From Candidatus Latescibacterota bacterium (GTDB lineage Bacteria; Latescibacterota; UBA2968; GCA-2709665), in the NCBI GenBank assembly GCA_963662665.2, contig CAXXJS010000051.1, forward strand, positions 19,222-83,221: DNA of 64,000 nt, read 5' to 3'. Position numbers and translations under genes: made by a program. The notes beneath the pieces were generated by a model. The model saw nothing but the letters and a program-made list of their open reading frames with translations, was not told the origin of the DNA and searched no databases. Positions 49,627 through 59,134 of this stretch are shown piece by piece; position 1 is the first letter of the stretch; each line of letters opens with the position of its first letter.

Positions 49627-49672
49627 GCAGGGGCGACCGGCCGGCCGGCCCGACGGGTGATCAGATCACCCG
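49627..49672. repeat. Degenerate REP-like site plus perfect palindrome upstream of hsdM
   Basis: GCAGGGGCGACCGGCCGGCCGGCCC, then CGGGTGATC-A-GATCACCCG (49654-49672). Confidence 0.5.
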
Positions 49673-49749
49673 GTTGGCCTCCGCTCTAACGAAACAAAGG
49701 CGAATCACCCGTGGGGCGTCGCCTTGGTCGATGTCAATCTCCTCTTCTC

Positions 49750-50919
49750 TCACCCCCGGTTTCCGCCTCCCCATGCGGACGCGAACTGTTCGCCCTCGAT
49801 GAATCTGGCGGGGCGGAAGGGGTATAGATCGAACGCGGGCGTGCGGCCGAGGATGACGTCGCTGAGCGAATCGGCAATGGGCGGGCCCAGCTTGAACCCG
49901 TGTCCGCTCCCGCCGAAAAAGGCGTAGTAGCCCTCCAGCCCCGGCTCGGGTCCGACCAGGGGATGCCAGTCGTCCGTAATCGTATAGACAGACGCCCAGC
50001 CCTTCACGTATTCGCCCTGTCTGAACGCCGGCACCCGTTCAAAGGTCCCTGATTCGATGCGCTGACGCGTGGGCTCATCGAGGTTCGGATCGTACGCGTC
50101 CACGTCCATCGGCTCCACCTCTTTGGGAAAACTCAGGCCGGCAAGCAGTCCATTGTCCCCGTCGGGACGGAAATAGACCCGAAGATTGGGATCGGAAACC
50201 ACTGGAAACCGACCGAATCCCTCCGGCAATTGCAATATCAGATCACTTTCGCGGCTCCATCGAACCGAATAATTCAACCCCGCGGACAATCCCATCTGTC
50301 GCCCCCAGGGGCCTGCCGCGTTGATCACCAGTTCCGTCCGGATTTCGCCCGCATCTGTCACCACCCCGGTCACGCGGTCGCCGTCTACACAGATCCGGTT
50401 CGCGCCCGTGCCCTCATAACATAACAGTCCCCAGTCTTTCGCCCTTGTCACCAGGTTCCGAACCGTCTTGACGGGGTCCGCGTATCCAGACGCGGGTTCG
50501 TGGATGCCCGCGACGATCCCGTCCGTGTTCACACCGGGAATCAGCTCCCCGATCTCGTCCGTATCCACCTCCACTGCGCCGGTGGCATTTCGCTGCTCCG
50601 CCTCCAGTACCGCCCGCCCTGCTTCCGCTGTCTGTTCACCCAGAAGGCAGATATACCCGGTATTGCGAAAATCGCAGTCTCCCCCCAGCGCCTGTTCGCC
50701 GTTCGCGAACATCTCCAACGCTGTCATGGACAACCGAACGGTCAGGTCATTCGAGTAAAACGTGCGGATCACAGCGGCCGAATGCCCCGTGCTCACGGCG
50801 GCCAGTGCCCGCTTTTCGAGAAGCACGATGTGGCCGAGGCCCTTCTTTGCCAGAAAATGGGCAATGCTGGCGCCCATGATGCCGCCGCCGATCACCACGG
50901 CGTCTGCCATCTTTACCAT
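49750..50919 (-). CDS. FAD-dependent oxidoreductase (DAO/sarcosine oxidase beta-like)
   Basis: VVIGGGIMG, INAAGPW, TDDWHPLVG, GGSGHGFKLGP. Confidence 0.9.
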   Translation of the reverse strand: MVKMADAVVIGGGIMGASIAHFLAKKGLGHIVLLEKRALAAVSTGHSAAVIRTFYSNDLTVRLSMTALEMFANGEQALGGDCDFRNTGYICLLGEQTAEAGRAVLEAEQRNATGAVEVDTDEIGELIPGVNTDGIVAGIHEPASGYADPVKTVRNLVTRAKDWGLLCYEGTGANRICVDGDRVTGVVTDAGEIRTELVINAAGPWGRQMGLSAGLNYSVRWSRESDLILQLPEGFGRFPVVSDPNLRVYFRPDGDNGLLAGLSFPKEVEPMDVDAYDPNLDEPTRQRIESGTFERVPAFRQGEYVKGWASVYTITDDWHPLVGPEPGLEGYYAFFGGSGHGFKLGPPIADSLSDVILGRTPAFDLYPFRPARFIEGEQFASAWGGGNRG

Positions 50920-50987
50920 CTGTGTGACTCCTGTGCAACCGGTTGCTCCGGCTCATTTGTCCGGATGGCGACCCCCGGCAAGCAGGG

Positions 50988-51389
50988 TCAGACCTTTACG
51001 AAGACCATCGTTACCTGCGACTCGCCAATCCTCGAAGCCAAAGTCAGTTCGTTCCCGCTTTTGGTGGCGGTCGTTCCGGTGACGCCAAGCGTCGCTGTTT
51101 CCTGGAACAAAATGCTCGAACCTTCAATGGCGTACGTTCCGTCGGAATACCGATCTTCAAGCTGAAGGACTGGTATACTCAGACTCATCGAAAAGTCGCC
51201 GGTTGTCGTCAGTACGAGCGTGCCCGTTGCCTCGGGCGGACGGAGTGTGCGGGTTTCAGATCCGTCTGCCAACTGTATTTCACGCAGCGTATAGGTGCCT
51301 GCGAGCGTATCGTAGTTCAGCGGGTTGTCTTCGCCACACGCCACCGCGAGCAACGCAAATACAAACAAAATTCCAGCAAACGTCCTCAT
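50988..51389 (-). CDS. Small beta-barrel (lipocalin-like) lipoprotein
   Basis: Lipobox AVAC; LAGTYTL, GTYAIEG beta-strand pattern. Confidence 0.7.
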   Translation of the reverse strand: MRTFAGILFVFALLAVACGEDNPLNYDTLAGTYTLREIQLADGSETRTLRPPEATGTLVLTTTGDFSMSLSIPVLQLEDRYSDGTYAIEGSSILFQETATLGVTGTTATKSGNELTLASRIGESQVTMVFVKV

Positions 51390-51434
51390 TCGTGATCCCC
51401 CTGAGCCGGATGGTGTGCCGCGTATCCGGATCCC

Positions 51435-52298
51435 CTACCGGATAATACCCTCCAGATACGCCTTGGCCGCAAGCAGCCCCTCCTGATTCAATGCGGTGCT
51501 ACCCATATAACGATCGTCTTCCAGCTCGATTGCGAGCGGCCCGTCATAGCCGAGTTCTTCGAGCCGCGCTACGATCCAGGCCCAGTCGGCGTCGCCCCAC
51601 CCCGGAATACAGTACCGCCACCAGCCCTCCCCGTGTCCATATCTCCTGCCGAAACTCTGGCCGAGGCTTCCGTAAAGGTACAGACCGTCGGCCAACAGTT
51701 CCGTATCCTTGGCATGCACGTGACGGACGCGGTTGCCGAATTCGATCAACAGGCGCTGATAGTCCACACCGATCCGGATGAAATGCGAGGGATCATAGCA
51801 GATCCCCAGATTAAGGGAGGGCACAACGTCGAATATGGCCCGCAGCGTCTCGGGCGTACATCCCAGATTGCCGTAGCCCGGCGCGCCTCCCGGATAGGGC
51901 TCGATGGCAAGATGCACGTCCTGTTTTTCCGCATAATCCACCACGCCGGGATAGACGTCCTTGAAAATCTCGAAACTCTCGGACCGTGACTGCATACCGT
52001 CGTCCGGCGCAAGACAGAGAAACACCACCCCGGAACCGTGGGCGCCTGTTGCCCGAATACGCCGCTTCATCGCAGTGACCGCGCCGCGCCGAACCTGAGC
52101 GTCTTTGCTCAGCAGAGCGCCTCCAACACCCCAATCGACGGTACCGACCGCCAGATCCGATCTGTCGAAAATCCGCCGAACGCGAGCGTCGACTTCCGGC
52201 ACATCCACGGATCCGAAACCGCGTTCGCTGGCCCAGGCAACCACGCCTTCGAGACCCAGTTCCCTTCCCATTGGTGGAATTCGCATCCCAACGTGCAT
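51435..52298 (-). CDS. Sugar phosphate isomerase/epimerase (xylose-isomerase-like TIM barrel)
   Basis: LAIEP, YDPSH, HVHAKDTE, PGWGDADW, GYDGPLAIELED; GGAGG RBS. Confidence 0.9.
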   Translation of the reverse strand: MHVGMRIPPMGRELGLEGVVAWASERGFGSVDVPEVDARVRRIFDRSDLAVGTVDWGVGGALLSKDAQVRRGAVTAMKRRIRATGAHGSGVVFLCLAPDDGMQSRSESFEIFKDVYPGVVDYAEKQDVHLAIEPYPGGAPGYGNLGCTPETLRAIFDVVPSLNLGICYDPSHFIRIGVDYQRLLIEFGNRVRHVHAKDTELLADGLYLYGSLGQSFGRRYGHGEGWWRYCIPGWGDADWAWIVARLEELGYDGPLAIELEDDRYMGSTALNQEGLLAAKAYLEGIIR

Positions 52299-52358
52299 AA
52301 CTCCCTCCGTAGAAATCGTGAGTAAGCCGACTCGCAGCATCCGGTGCGAGACCCGGTT

Positions 52359-53264
52359 CTACACCGACCAGAGGTCGCGGATATCGGAAAGAATCGCATC
52401 GAGTTCGGCGTGATCATGCGTATCCAGCGTGCCGGTCGCGGCGGTCCTTACGTGGGTCGATCGGATGACACCGCGGCGGCGAAGCACTTCCTTGTATGCG
52501 TGCACACTGTGAAGCATCTCGAAATTCAAAAGCGGCAACAGGCGGTTGAACACCTCGCGGGCGCCGGACACGTCGCCGGCCTGCCAGGCATTCCATATCG
52601 AAGCGTGCACGTCGGGAACGTCGCAGGCAGGCATCGTTCCGGCGGCCCCCCGACGCATCTCATCCAACATGTACCTGCCTGCCGCGCCCCCGAATACGCC
52701 CTCGACCGAATCTCCGCAGGCGGCAATATCCGCCGAAACGGAATGGGTGACCGGGGGGACTTCCTCCTTAATGTATAGTACGCGTTCAATCTCGCGGGCA
52801 AGCCGACCCAACAGCGCGGGTGACATCGGCACCCCGATCGGCAAAGGGTAGTTCTGGATGAAAATCGGCAATCCAGTCGCTCCGGAGACCGCCTCGTAAT
52901 ACGCCCTTACTCCATCCGCCGGGGGTTTGGAAATGTACGGCGGCAATGCAATCAGGGCGTCGGCCCCCGCTTCCTCAGCATGTTTCGCGATCCACACGGC
53001 CACCTGGGCGCTCACGCCGGACACACCCGCAACAAAAGGCAGCCGACCCCGTACCGCCCGCCCCACCAACTCGATCACTCTCAATCGTTCCGGGTCGGAC
53101 AACGCGCTGAATTCACTCGCATTCACGGGCGAGACCAATCCGTGCGCCCCCGCCGCTATCGAAAACTCAACTTGGGTCTTCAATCCGTCTTCGTCCAGCA
53201 AACCACCATCCAAAAACGGCGTTGCCAGGATGACGAATACCCCCCGAAACGGCCGCCCCGCCAT
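52359..53264 (-). CDS. Dihydrodipicolinate synthase-family aldolase/dehydratase
   Basis: ATPF, SEFSALSD.ER, PPY, IQNY, YIKEE (Schiff-base Lys). Confidence 0.88.
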   Translation of the reverse strand: MAGRPFRGVFVILATPFLDGGLLDEDGLKTQVEFSIAAGAHGLVSPVNASEFSALSDPERLRVIELVGRAVRGRLPFVAGVSGVSAQVAVWIAKHAEEAGADALIALPPYISKPPADGVRAYYEAVSGATGLPIFIQNYPLPIGVPMSPALLGRLAREIERVLYIKEEVPPVTHSVSADIAACGDSVEGVFGGAAGRYMLDEMRRGAAGTMPACDVPDVHASIWNAWQAGDVSGAREVFNRLLPLLNFEMLHSVHAYKEVLRRRGVIRSTHVRTAATGTLDTHDHAELDAILSDIRDLWSV

Positions 53265-53359
53265 TCAACTCCCTTTCGCTCGCGATTAACGTGCAAACCC
53301 CATCCAATGGTAAGGCGGAGCCAGCAGATGTCAAGCGGAAAATCCCCGTGATATTTCGA

Positions 53360-53388
53360 TTGACTTACCCCGAACCCCAACCTAACAT
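53360..53388 (+). promoter_or_regulatory. Putative sigma70 promoter
   Basis: TTGACT-17 nt-TAACAT. Confidence 0.5.
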
Positions 53389-53428
53389 ATCCAATCAACC
53401 GGCGTGAACCCCTCTTCCCTCGTTGCCG

Positions 53429-54166
53429 ATGCACACCACCCCGAGAAAACTCCAGGAACTGCAGAGCTTTATGGACGCGCTCGAACCCGGCGGTCCACCG
53501 CGGGCGCGCTTTTTCCGTAAGGCGGCGAAGGGTCTCAAGAGGCCCGGCGGCAACCTGGTTGTTATGGATGCCTCCTTTAATCCGATGACCGTCGCTCACG
53601 AAGCCATGCTGAAACGGGCGTTAGAGACGTGCCCGGCAGGCGAAGCGTTGCTCTTGCTTTCTCACGCCAACGTCGACAAGACCGTCTATGCGGCATCTCT
53701 GGCGCATCGTCTTTCCATGCTCGACCATTACGCGGAACCCTGTCCGGAAATCTCCGTTGCCGGTTGCAGCCATGCCAGATTTGTCGATAAGGCGAGCGCC
53801 CTTCGCGCCATCTATCCGGAATCGACCGGACTGTTCTTCGTGGTAGGTTACGACACCCTGTTGCGGCTGTTTGACCCGAGGTACTATGTGAATATGTCGG
53901 ATGAACTATCCACGCTCTTCGACGTCGCACACATCGTCGCCGCCAACCGCGACAATGTCGACCCGAAAGCCGTGCAAATGTTGGTGAACAGCCGGGAGTA
54001 TGCCGGATTTTCCGACAGAATCCACTTCATAAGGCTGGGCGGCGTTCATTCGCGGGTTTCTTCCACGGAAGTCCGGGAGCTGATGTTTAACGGTGCGGTA
54101 ATCGGTCACCTTGTCCCGCCCCGCATTGCAGACGCGATCGATGCGTTGAATCTGTATCGGGCCTGA
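53429..54166 (+). CDS. Nicotinamide/nicotinate-nucleotide adenylyltransferase-like (HIGH-type) protein
   Basis: DASFNPMTVAH, NVDK, FVDK, GYDTLLRLFDPRYY, VSSTEVR. Confidence 0.8.
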   Translation: MHTTPRKLQELQSFMDALEPGGPPRARFFRKAAKGLKRPGGNLVVMDASFNPMTVAHEAMLKRALETCPAGEALLLLSHANVDKTVYAASLAHRLSMLDHYAEPCPEISVAGCSHARFVDKASALRAIYPESTGLFFVVGYDTLLRLFDPRYYVNMSDELSTLFDVAHIVAANRDNVDPKAVQMLVNSREYAGFSDRIHFIRLGGVHSRVSSTEVRELMFNGAVIGHLVPPRIADAIDALNLYRA

Positions 54167-54285
54167 CGGATGGATGGGCGCGAAACCGCGCCGGCGAATG
54201 GCTTCCGGAGCCGTATCCTGCGCCTGTAATCCCGTCTTCACTTTTGACGGAACAGACGCGTCGAAGTTCCACGGGAGGTAAAAAC

Positions 54286-55917
54286 ATGAACGGTGCGGAC
54301 CTGCTGGTGGCCGAACTTCAGCATAAGGGCGTCCCCTTTATTGCAACACTCTGCGGCCACGGGCTTGACGACCTGGACGACGCATGCGACCGGGCGGGAA
54401 TGCGCCTTGTCGACGTGCGAAATGAACAGGCCGCGGGATATATCGCGGAAGCCGTCGGACGCCTCAGCCGCACCGTGGGCGTCTGCGCCGTCAGCAGCGG
54501 CGTCGCGCACGTCAACGCGCTCACAGGGGTCTGCAACGCCCACTTCGACGGCGCGCCGATGCTGCTCATCACGGGAAGCGGCCCCGCCGGCACCGCCGGA
54601 CTCGGGCACTTCCAGGATCTGGACCAGGTTGCCGTCGCGGAACCGCTGTGCAAATACGCGAAAACCATCCACCATCCGGGGCGTATCCCGCAGATGCTTC
54701 ATGAGGCCTTCGAAGCCGCCATATCCGGCAGGCCCGGACCCGTGCACCTCACCGTCCCGCAGAACGTCCTGAGCGACGAAGTCCACGCCGACGCCATCCT
54801 CCGCGTTCACGACCCCAGCCATCCCGCCCCCACCGTGGCACCGGGGCATCCGGGAGAAATCGACCGAATCGCCGACCTGCTCGCACGGTCCAACCGCCCC
54901 CTTCTGGTAGCCGGCGGCGGCACGCACTATGCAGACGGCAACGCGGCGCTGGCTGAGTTCACGCGCGCCCTGTCCGTCCCGGTAACTGTACCGATATGGG
55001 ACCGGGGCGCTATCCCGAGGCCCATCGAGACGTTTATGGGCGTTGTCGGCGCCGCGAGCGGCGGCCCCCGGCTCCTCCCTGACGCGGACCTGGTTCTGCT
55101 GGCCGGCGCGGCCTGCGACTACCGGGTGGGCTACCTTCAGCCGCCCGCCGTGCATCCCGATGCAACCGTTGTGCGCATCCACGCGGATGCCTTTCACGTT
55201 GATCAGGGAGTTGGCGCCCACCTGCGCGTCGTTGCCGATCCGGGTTCCGCGCTCGCCCAGTTGACCGAAGCTGTGCGTCTTAAAAAAATCGCGCCCAGAA
55301 CGGCGTGGCTCGAGGAAGCCGCCAGGCGCAGAGACGCGTATCGCAGGGGTTGTCTGGACGCCCGCAAGGGAAACGGCCTGCACGCGCTCGACGTCATTCA
55401 CGCCGTACAGACCGTCCTGACCGACGACACCGTTGTCGTCATCGACGGCGGCAACATCGGGCAGTGGGCGCACCAGATCCTGTGCGACCGGTATCCCGGC
55501 CACTGGCTCACCTGCGGCGCCAGCGGCGTTGTGGGCTACGGAATTCCGGGAGCGATGGGCGCCCGCCTGCTATACCCGGAACGTCCGGTTATCCTCATTT
55601 CCGGCGATGGCGCGCTCACGTTCACGGTTGCCGAACTCGAGGCCGCCGCCCGACAGAATCTGCCCTTTGTGGTCCTGCTCGCGGACGATGAAGCCTGGGG
55701 CATCACACTCACCGGTCACGAGGCGCAGTACGGCCGCGGGATTACCTCGGAACTGGGTCCCATCGACTACGCGGGGATGGCGCAAGCCTTTGGCGCCAGG
55801 GGAATTCGCATTGAACATGCCGGCCAGATCCTTCCGGAGTTGCGGAACGGCCTGTGCGCGGCGCGGCCCACACTCATTCACGTGCCTGTCGCGCGGAGCA
55901 GCCCCACCGACAAATAG
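54286..55917 (+). CDS. Thiamine pyrophosphate-dependent enzyme (acetolactate synthase/2-hydroxyacyl-CoA lyase-like)
   Basis: VRNEQAAG, GRPGPVHL, SGDGA...DDEAWG; GGAGG RBS. Confidence 0.9.
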   Translation: MNGADLLVAELQHKGVPFIATLCGHGLDDLDDACDRAGMRLVDVRNEQAAGYIAEAVGRLSRTVGVCAVSSGVAHVNALTGVCNAHFDGAPMLLITGSGPAGTAGLGHFQDLDQVAVAEPLCKYAKTIHHPGRIPQMLHEAFEAAISGRPGPVHLTVPQNVLSDEVHADAILRVHDPSHPAPTVAPGHPGEIDRIADLLARSNRPLLVAGGGTHYADGNAALAEFTRALSVPVTVPIWDRGAIPRPIETFMGVVGAASGGPRLLPDADLVLLAGAACDYRVGYLQPPAVHPDATVVRIHADAFHVDQGVGAHLRVVADPGSALAQLTEAVRLKKIAPRTAWLEEAARRRDAYRRGCLDARKGNGLHALDVIHAVQTVLTDDTVVVIDGGNIGQWAHQILCDRYPGHWLTCGASGVVGYGIPGAMGARLLYPERPVILISGDGALTFTVAELEAAARQNLPFVVLLADDEAWGITLTGHEAQYGRGITSELGPIDYAGMAQAFGARGIRIEHAGQILPELRNGLCAARPTLIHVPVARSSPTDK

Positions 55918-55956
55918 GCGCCGACAGGGGCCCCGGGCCCCACAAAGCCCGAATAA

Positions 55957-55976
55957 ACTTTTCCAACGGGCCGTTA
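55957..55976. repeat. Solo terminal repeat of MITE family 1
   Basis: ACTTTTCCAACGGGCCGTTA versus ACTTTTCCAACGGGCTGCTA of copy A (reverse complement). Confidence 0.55.
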
Positions 55977-55980
55977 AGGT

Positions 55981-58089
55981 TCACATCACGCCGTACCAGC
56001 CGTACTGATCTCGAGGAACAAGCACAAAATTGGACCGTGCCGCGGGATACCAGGTTTCCGGGTTCGCGTTCCGATGATCGTCCACGGCGCGCACCTCCAC
56101 AAAATACATCCGATTGGCCTCCGGCACCCTCCAGACAATTGACGTGTCTCCCGTCGTTTCCGACATGACTTCCTCCCGACACGTTCGATCCGAAAAAACG
56201 CGCACGTCGTACGCTATCGTGCCACCACCCATCTTGATCGACCGCGCCCAGTTTATCCTGACCTCCTTCCCCCCCACCCGCTGTGCCGGCAATGGCATCG
56301 GGAACGTTGGGGGATGTTCCTTTTCGGCGCCCAGATAGTACGAGTAATACGGCTCCGACCCCCAGATGCCGAATACATAACCCAGAATCCAGAACCGGTC
56401 TTCGCTCTCGAGCAATTCGGGATCGTACGCGAAACATTCCTGCGCGAAGCCATCGGCGAAATAAACGTCCGACTTCAGTTCGGCCACGGACAACACCCTT
56501 CCGGCTTTCTGCGGCTGACTGGCGCCGAAAAACAGCGCGTCCACCACATGGTCGCTTCCGTCGTACGTAGCCTCCGCAACCACATGGTGGGAGAGACCTA
56601 CCGTTCGCACCGGGATGCCCAGCGTTTCCAGAATCGCCACCGTAACCGCAACGCCCTGTCCGCACCGCGCATCGTGTCCCTCCAGTATGGCCACCGGGTC
56701 CCGGGTATCCGGTATCTGGACCGGATTGTAATACAGCGCCCGATTCACGTAACCCGCAACCTCTTTGACCGCGTCCGCGTCCGACGACGCTCCGCCTGCA
56801 ATGGTCTCGGCAAGGTGCCCGAGGTACTCCGACCGATCTGTTCTGGCAGCGCGCCGGATCAACCCGGCCTCCTTCCCCGGCGGGTAATCCGTTGCCGGGC
56901 CCTCCATATTCACAATGGGCGGCGTCCACGGCGTGTGCGGCAGAAAGAGCGACCGTTCCGTACCGTACGTCCGGCGGTTCCGGTTCAGATGCGCACTCCT
57001 GTCAAAGGCCGTGTCCGGGATTCCGAAACCCGGTTCCTGCGCCGCCGGCTCGCTCTGCATTACAATCCAGGACCCGAAAGCCCTTCCCGGCTTACCTGGT
57101 TGCGCGTAGGGTATCGTCGTACCCGTAATAACGAACCGCTCGCCGTCCGTCCAGTGATAACACAGCAGCGGGACTCCGTCCGGCTGTTCCGGAGCCACCA
57201 GGTAGTCGAATGCTCCGGTATCCGGGTCGAATACGAGAAAGCGGTCCAGAAACCTGGGTGGGTTGCCGTCGATGGTCAGAGGCCCCTCCGGGATCACGAT
57301 CCGACCCGTTTTCGCATCGAGTCGGCTGGGATGCATATAGGTACTCAGGCAGATATACGCACGGCCCCGGAAACCGAACCCTCCGCCCAGGAATCCGTAG
57401 ACGGTGCCGTGGTCGGGTGTGGGAATCGCTTCTTCCCACCGGCCACGGACCGGTTCCAGAGGCAGGATCCGGCCCTTTGCCGTATCCCAGGTATAGAGAA
57501 GGCCTCGATGCATGAGGTGCCCGGACAATGCAGCCTCAGGATAGGGACCGGGGCGCTCGTCCAGGAATCGTTCCTCGCCAGGATCGAACCTGATGACTCT
57601 GGAAGGGTCGGTCACTGGCGAATAGACCATCTCTTCAATGCACCATCCGCCTGCCAGTTGCCCTTCAAACGGACAGTCCACGACACGCGGCTCTGCCAGC
57701 GGACCATCCAGAACCAGAACTCTGGATTCCGAACGCTCGAAGAGCAGCACCTTTCCGCAAGGCGTTTTGAGTCCGAACCATACAATGGGCCGGGCTGCCG
57801 GGATCTGCCGCCTTTCGCACGTCCGACGCACCGGATCGACAACCAGGTAGTACGGTACGTCGCCCAGGGTGAGTACCAGCTTGTCGTCCCAGGAGATGAC
57901 CTGAACGACCGATCGATCCGCCATATCGGGCACCGGTATCTGAACCGTCTCCGCGGTACGTAAATTATGGCCTGTCAATCGGTTGCGCCCGCAACCCTCC
58001 CACAGCCAATCCGATCCGTCAACGTCAATTCCAAACGGTCGTCCGGTTTGAATCTCGTCGTGCCTGTACATCCAGACCTGATTTTCCAT
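55981..58089 (-). CDS. Multidomain protein: beta-propeller-like N-terminus, transglutaminase-like domain, FN3-like C-terminus
   Basis: ARCGQ...LGIPVRTV...HHVVAE...VVDA (Cys-His-Asp); INW...YDVRVF...YFVEVRAVD (FN3-like); GAGGGG RBS. Confidence 0.7.
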   Translation of the reverse strand: MENQVWMYRHDEIQTGRPFGIDVDGSDWLWEGCGRNRLTGHNLRTAETVQIPVPDMADRSVVQVISWDDKLVLTLGDVPYYLVVDPVRRTCERRQIPAARPIVWFGLKTPCGKVLLFERSESRVLVLDGPLAEPRVVDCPFEGQLAGGWCIEEMVYSPVTDPSRVIRFDPGEERFLDERPGPYPEAALSGHLMHRGLLYTWDTAKGRILPLEPVRGRWEEAIPTPDHGTVYGFLGGGFGFRGRAYICLSTYMHPSRLDAKTGRIVIPEGPLTIDGNPPRFLDRFLVFDPDTGAFDYLVAPEQPDGVPLLCYHWTDGERFVITGTTIPYAQPGKPGRAFGSWIVMQSEPAAQEPGFGIPDTAFDRSAHLNRNRRTYGTERSLFLPHTPWTPPIVNMEGPATDYPPGKEAGLIRRAARTDRSEYLGHLAETIAGGASSDADAVKEVAGYVNRALYYNPVQIPDTRDPVAILEGHDARCGQGVAVTVAILETLGIPVRTVGLSHHVVAEATYDGSDHVVDALFFGASQPQKAGRVLSVAELKSDVYFADGFAQECFAYDPELLESEDRFWILGYVFGIWGSEPYYSYYLGAEKEHPPTFPMPLPAQRVGGKEVRINWARSIKMGGGTIAYDVRVFSDRTCREEVMSETTGDTSIVWRVPEANRMYFVEVRAVDDHRNANPETWYPAARSNFVLVPRDQYGWYGVM

Positions 58090-58235
58090 CAGTTGCCCCC
58101 TCGCTGGCCGCGGCATCCGCCAGAGCCCCTTGCGGGGAGCGGGAAACGCAAGCGCCCGAAGGATATCCCGACCATTAAACCCATTGACAAAACAAAAATA
58201 CCGGCTAATTTATGCCAATATCCGATTCTTTCACC

Positions 58236-58310
58236 TGACAGTCCGTTGATAAAGTCGCTCTGCAGGCGAGGCCGGACGCAGACCGGATGGACTATTTCAA
58301 CGGGCTGCTA
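58236..58310. mobile_element. MITE family 1, copy B (inverted relative to copy A)
   Basis: The 71-bp core differs from copy A at 5 positions by manual alignment. Confidence 0.8.
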
Positions 58311-58360
58311 ACGCTCGATGCTGAATTCGAACGCATCATCTCACGTCAGCGAGGCACAAT

Positions 58361-59053
58361 ATGGGTGTGATTACCGTCTCCAGAGAATACGGCAGTGACG
58401 GACGATCGGTCGCTCAGAAAGCCGCGGACCTGTTGGGTTATCTTTGCATGAACAAAGACCTGCTCGTGGAAGTGGCCGACGAAGCCCAGGTCCCGGTCTC
58501 CGAAGCCGAACGTTTTGACGAACGTCCTGAACATCCCGCTATGCGCGTCATTCGAAAATTCCTCACGCCCGGGCACCCGGAGGCCATCACGGGTCTCTCG
58601 GAGTACGAATGGTGGGCAACCGCCACCGTACCCGAACTGACAGGCCGAGCCGATTCCCGTTTTTCCTTGCCGGACGAAGAGGCTTTTGTCGACATTACGC
58701 GGGAAGTCATCACGCGTCTGGCCGAACGGGACAACGTGGTCCTGGTGGGCAGGGGCGGGCAGGTTCTGCTGAAAGATCGATCCGCCACGTTGCACCTGCG
58801 GGTGGTCGCTCCCATCGACTATCGAATTCAGGTGGTCATGCAGCGGGAAGGCCTTGAGTCCCACGTTGCCGCGAAACGCATCCGAAAAATGGACGAATAC
58901 AGGAGGCGCTATCTCAAAAGGCACTACGGAATTGCCTGGAACGCTTCGGAAAACTACCACCTGACCCTCAATACCAGCCAGACCGGAATCGAAGGCGCCG
59001 CCAGTATTGTCGCCGAAGCCACGCGGTATATGAGGAAATCGAGGCGAAACTGA
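58361..59053 (+). CDS. Cytidylate kinase-like family protein
   Basis: ITVSREYGSDG, VVLVGRGGQ, DEYRRRY, YHLTLNT. Confidence 0.88.
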   Translation: MGVITVSREYGSDGRSVAQKAADLLGYLCMNKDLLVEVADEAQVPVSEAERFDERPEHPAMRVIRKFLTPGHPEAITGLSEYEWWATATVPELTGRADSRFSLPDEEAFVDITREVITRLAERDNVVLVGRGGQVLLKDRSATLHLRVVAPIDYRIQVVMQREGLESHVAAKRIRKMDEYRRRYLKRHYGIAWNASENYHLTLNTSQTGIEGAASIVAEATRYMRKSRRN

Positions 59054-59084
59054 ACGCGCGCCATTCGGGATAATCGGAGAACGC

Positions 59085-59126
59085 AAAAAGACGCCCCGCA
59101 GATCCACTCCGGGGCGTCCTTTTTTT
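59085..59126. terminator. Bidirectional intrinsic terminator
   Basis: AAAAA-GACGCCCCG-loop-CGGGGCGTC-CTTTTTTT between convergent genes. Confidence 0.85.
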
Positions 59127-59134
59127 ACGTCCAT

